The notes below the pieces were generated by a model. The model was given only the letters and a program-made list of their open reading frames with translations, did no database searches and was not told where the DNA came from. The translations under genes and the position numbers were made by a program. Below are positions 51,701 through 53,770 of a stretch of 53,770 nucleotides of DNA, one piece after another (the stretch's first letter is position 1; the number at the start of each line of letters is the position of its first letter). Origin of the DNA: an uncultured Candidatus Saccharibacteria bacterium (GTDB taxonomy: Bacteria > Patescibacteriota > Minisyncoccia > UBA6257 > 1-14-0-10-44-23); the NCBI GenBank assembly GCA_964460325.1, contig CAYWPI010000001.1:108551-162320 (forward strand), in the 5' to 3' direction.

Positions 51701-53770
51701 CATTATTTTGAGAAGCAGCGGCTGAACCATTTGAGCTTGTAGCATACACAAGACTCAAATCGGAAAGATTCCTCTTCTCCAAACGATTATTACTTGTACC
51801 CGATATCCCAACCACATACATATAAGAACCGTCAATTGCTATGTTATAAGCTTCGTCCGTAGCACCAGGATTACTGGTTGTTGAGGTGACAAGCGCCAAA
51901 TCGGATAAATTACGCTTTTCAATGCGCCAATTAACATCATCTTGCTCACCGACAACATACATATATTGGTTATCAATCGCAATCGAATACGCCCGGTCAG
52001 TAGTGCCCGGATTACTAGTTGTCGAAGCAACAGAGCTTAGATCCGACAATAATCTCTTTTCGATACGCCAATTAACATCATCTTGAAAGCCGACTACATA
52101 CATATAAGTACTGTCAATCGCTATTCCTCTCGCAACATCAGTCGTCCCAGCATTTATAGTGACACGGCTCCCAACTAAATCTAAGGTTGATTTATCACGT
52201 TTTTGAATGCTCCAATTTACTTCGCCTGCAGTGGATCCAACAGCGTAAAGATAGGTAACATCCTGAGCGAGGCTGTGAAAATACTCTAATCCACTTACAT
52301 CTTCCGTGAATGAGTCAACAAGAGCACCGTCAGATAGGTTGCGTTTTTCGATCCTAAAATCATTATTTGACGGCTGTGCCATGCCCGCAACATATATATA
52401 CGCATCATCGACAACAACAGCTCTTGCACGATCATTCCCACCAGGGTCACTTGAGGTTGACCAAATAATACTTCCATCTGAGAGCGATCTCTTTTCAAAG
52501 TACCAATTATTTTCTCCGCTTATTGCAGCAGAACCAGCAAGATACACATAACCTTGATCTATAGCCACTGTAAGTCCAAGATCTGCCACGCCAGGGTTGC
52601 TTGATGTTGAAAAGACCACACTTGGTTCACTACTCGTCGCAAACCATCGATAACCAGAAACATAAGGGCTACCCATATTGAGCGTTGGATATCTAGTGTA
52701 AGTTCCCAACTCAGTTCCATCATCTTCCACCATGCGGAAGTAGTAGTTGGAAACGGTGGTAGTGGCGATATCAAGGGAGAAGTCCCACTCCATGTCTTGG
52801 CCCACCGTTGCGGCTGTTGGGTTGGCATCTGTTGGATTATCCTCTTGATAACTCTGTTTAGCATCAGAGCTTGTGAGAAGGTTAGAAGTGATAGCCGCGT
52901 CGTCTGCGGGGGTGGTGTTGTTATAGAAGCGAATATCGCCAGTTGAGGTGGCGACGTCGGTCCAGCCATAACCGGTGTAGTAGACGGTAATTTTAATATG
53001 ATCAACTTGCAATTGAGCCGGACAACTTCCACCAGCGCATGTGCCGCTAAGCGCGACTCCAAAATCACTTGAGTTGATATCACTCGCAGTCCAGGTTAAC
53101 CCCCATAATTCCGTCGAAGAACCATACGAATCCTCACTCTCTCCTCCCCAAAATAAACTCGTTGAAGCCATCTCTGTCCCCGAAATTGATCCACCCTTTA
53201 CTATCTTTACAGAATTATCAGACGTCGCCGCACCTCCTGCCCTCTCAAAAGTCACCACGATACCGTCAATGGTCGCATCTGACGGAATACTAAATCCGAA
53301 ATTGGTTGCCTTTAAATAATTTGAAATTACCGTGCTTCCGACAGTCGCAGTTGCGTTAAGATTATCGCTCGTAGTCGCATTCCCTGGATTGGTCCATGCA
53401 ACAGTCCCTGTACTAGTATCATTCACCACCGTTGCAGTTGAAGTCGGTCCCACAGTAACGCTCGATACCGAGCTCGTTGCAAACTGGAGCTTAAAGGCCT
53501 GTGTGCTTGTTGAAAGTGTACTCCCGCCGACTGTCACGTTCATACGCAACCGAGCTTGGCCAAGAGTAGTGGTTGTATAGCTACTGTTTTCAGATGCTAA
53601 CGAGCTCCCTGGCTGAACGCCATCGGCAGCCGCATACCAACGGTACTCGTTTTGAGTGAAACTAACTGGCGGACTATAGGTCGTAATCTCGGGCACATAC
53701 AGCGGCGTTGAAGTGGCACCATCGGTGCGCACCACACGGAAACAATAACTCGCCGCCGGAGCTGCTGAAT
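48771..53770 (-). CDS. Giant secreted surface protein (>1654 aa; N-terminus beyond the window end). It contains repeated beta-sandwich modules, a ~7-blade beta-propeller, a beta-helix-like region and a WxL-like C-terminal domain.
   Basis: The frame remains open from 53735 to the window edge, and the upstream residues continue a repeated module (..CFRVVRTDGATSTPLYVPEITTY). 47-aa repeats read NWRIEKR.LSDL..V.S.TSNPG..D.A..IAID..YMYVVG. The C-terminus is ...RAQAAGDYQTTIRFIVAPKF. Confidence 0.85.
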   Translation of the reverse strand, partial: SAAPAASYCFRVVRTDGATSTPLYVPEITTYSPPVSFTQNEYRWYAAADGVQPGSSLASENSSYTTTTLGQARLRMNVTVGGSTLSTSTQAFKLQFATSSVSSVTVGPTSTATVVNDTSTGTVAWTNPGNATTSDNLNATATVGSTVISNYLKATNFGFSIPSDATIDGIVVTFERAGGAATSDNSVKIVKGGSISGTEMASTSLFWGGESEDSYGSSTELWGLTWTASDINSSDFGVALSGTCAGGSCPAQLQVDHIKITVYYTGYGWTDVATSTGDIRFYNNTTPADDAAITSNLLTSSDAKQSYQEDNPTDANPTAATVGQDMEWDFSLDIATTTVSNYYFRMVEDDGTELGTYTRYPTLNMGSPYVSGYRWFATSSEPSVVFSTSSNPGVADLGLTVAIDQGYVYLAGSAAISGENNWYFEKRSLSDGSIIWSTSSDPGGNDRARAVVVDDAYIYVAGMAQPSNNDFRIEKRNLSDGALVDSFTEDVSGLEYFHSLAQDVTYLYAVGSTAGEVNWSIQKRDKSTLDLVGSRVTINAGTTDVARGIAIDSTYMYVVGFQDDVNWRIEKRLLSDLSSVASTTSNPGTTDRAYSIAIDNQYMYVVGEQDDVNWRIEKRNLSDLALVTSTTSNPGATDEAYNIAIDGSYMYVVGISGTSNNRLEKRNLSDLSLVYATSSNGSAAASQNNGIAADGSRIIYLSTVDNADSDWSIRAYQTDIATSSALNTATTTPSVTSTPFILRSTVHASRSIASTETFKLQVAEKSGTCDVAYSGETYTDVATSTGVIRFTDLSGRAHDSLIHGGLDDATHTTDLLRGLTHVEQNNFSASGTTFGNFTRGGGRYPDLGSALTSGSDGVWQFALRDTGTNPGVAYCFRIVDANGATSTPLYVPEITTYGTPATGITVSGTVYSDQGITTTTSSVKLAVNGTTGYTTSTDASGNFTFTSVAGVSSGTLLTVWMNNNGGGNGTGAVVTLASSSGNLAGLNIYKNYLIVRHENTGPLTDAHLELCNYTIGLACGDNDLHFGTGAQLVSIDADWGLYIWPGDTFTTLGSQSDLTLENGALPSEPGGDIVWGSSTSTLEVGSNWVFIGGDWHNAANGSFTTDSGQVTTFTATTTGFSINPGSRAFRNVTFNGVGGSWSPSSSDMVVGLDSSAVDGNLTMTAGTLNNSNGTSSIQVYNGDVTGAGGVISLTNASFTVTLAATSSQGFGSTSGDWTFNDLVFTVATSTAGTYTFTTQTSGTGNLAIAGELTVNGGLGAGANAVLNAGNRTWTLSGTTGDPFKLVANSASADLASASSTFVYSGNNAGGNTTMQAENYWNLQIATSTETFVLEGNTTSTNDLTLTAGTLSVTNYSLDVDGNVAIASAGALTASTTGLTFAKDFNSSGTVTLGSSTVTFDTTATSTISGATSSELTFWNFTSQTGNKPFVFATSTQAFRVNGLLTLTGTAGNLITIDSNSSGTQWLINHQGTEDVRYVTVKDSGCVSTSTYISVSYANSVDRGNNAFCWAFPSLSFSISPLSIDLSLGDTNTFTASATNTLTVTTNGEFGYSLTGYATDLLTRVGATTTIANWTGTNASPTVWTTNCINNSDCGFGYNTDDADITQFTTNEFAAFSTSTPGDEVAASAGRVTGEATTMTYRVSVDRAQAAGDYQTTIRFIVAPKF

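Noticed and set aside
51618-52619. The near-identical 141-nt repeats as a diversity-generating retroelement template/variable region pair.
   Set aside because: Differences between the copies are not confined to adenine positions. The repeats are in-frame tandem blades of one domain. No reverse transcriptase is present in the window.

Overview
The window looks like a chromosomal segment from a small-genome, low-GC bacterium. I infer Candidate Phyla Radiation / Patescibacteria (Parcubacteria-like) from gene content only: a four-helix-bundle IVS-type protein, a split ComEC, and cohesin/dockerin surface proteins. Nothing taxonomic was computed. There are four blocks.
(1) 1-7.7 kb holds housekeeping, proteostasis and redox genes (lepA, htpX, lemA, groES/groEL, trxB, a glutaredoxin-like protein, a DsbA-like protein). 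It also holds a ~360-nt GC-rich structured RNA locus between lemA and groEL.
(2) 7.8-31.2 kb is a large glycan-biosynthesis locus. It has an initiating transferase, a flippase, a Wzy-like protein, GT2 and CgeB-like glycosyltransferases, the four GDP-D-glycero-alpha-D-manno-heptose steps including a GmhB-HddC fusion, two sugar C-methyltransferases, and GDP-mannose 4,6-dehydratase and 3,5-epimerase. At 14.8-17.8 kb it is interrupted by a plus-strand three-gene island of about 60% GC encoding an IMPase-like protein, a Nudix/P-loop-kinase fusion and an HD protein.
(3) 31.5-40.3 kb is housekeeping again (ndk, aspS, split comEC, mnmA, efp), with a second high-GC HD-gene islet.
(4) 40.4-53.77 kb is an eight-gene minus-strand surface locus and my best candidate for an undescribed system. 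It has two cohesin-bearing membrane proteins and a dockerin protein. It also has two WxL-like secreted proteins, one of them a >1654-aa adhesin with a beta-propeller and beta-helix-like regions, each paired with a CscA-like anchored protein. Unusual CTAC/GTAG inverted repeats bracket the start codons and an embedded four-helix-bundle gene.
No rRNA, convincing tRNA, CRISPR array or transposase was seen.
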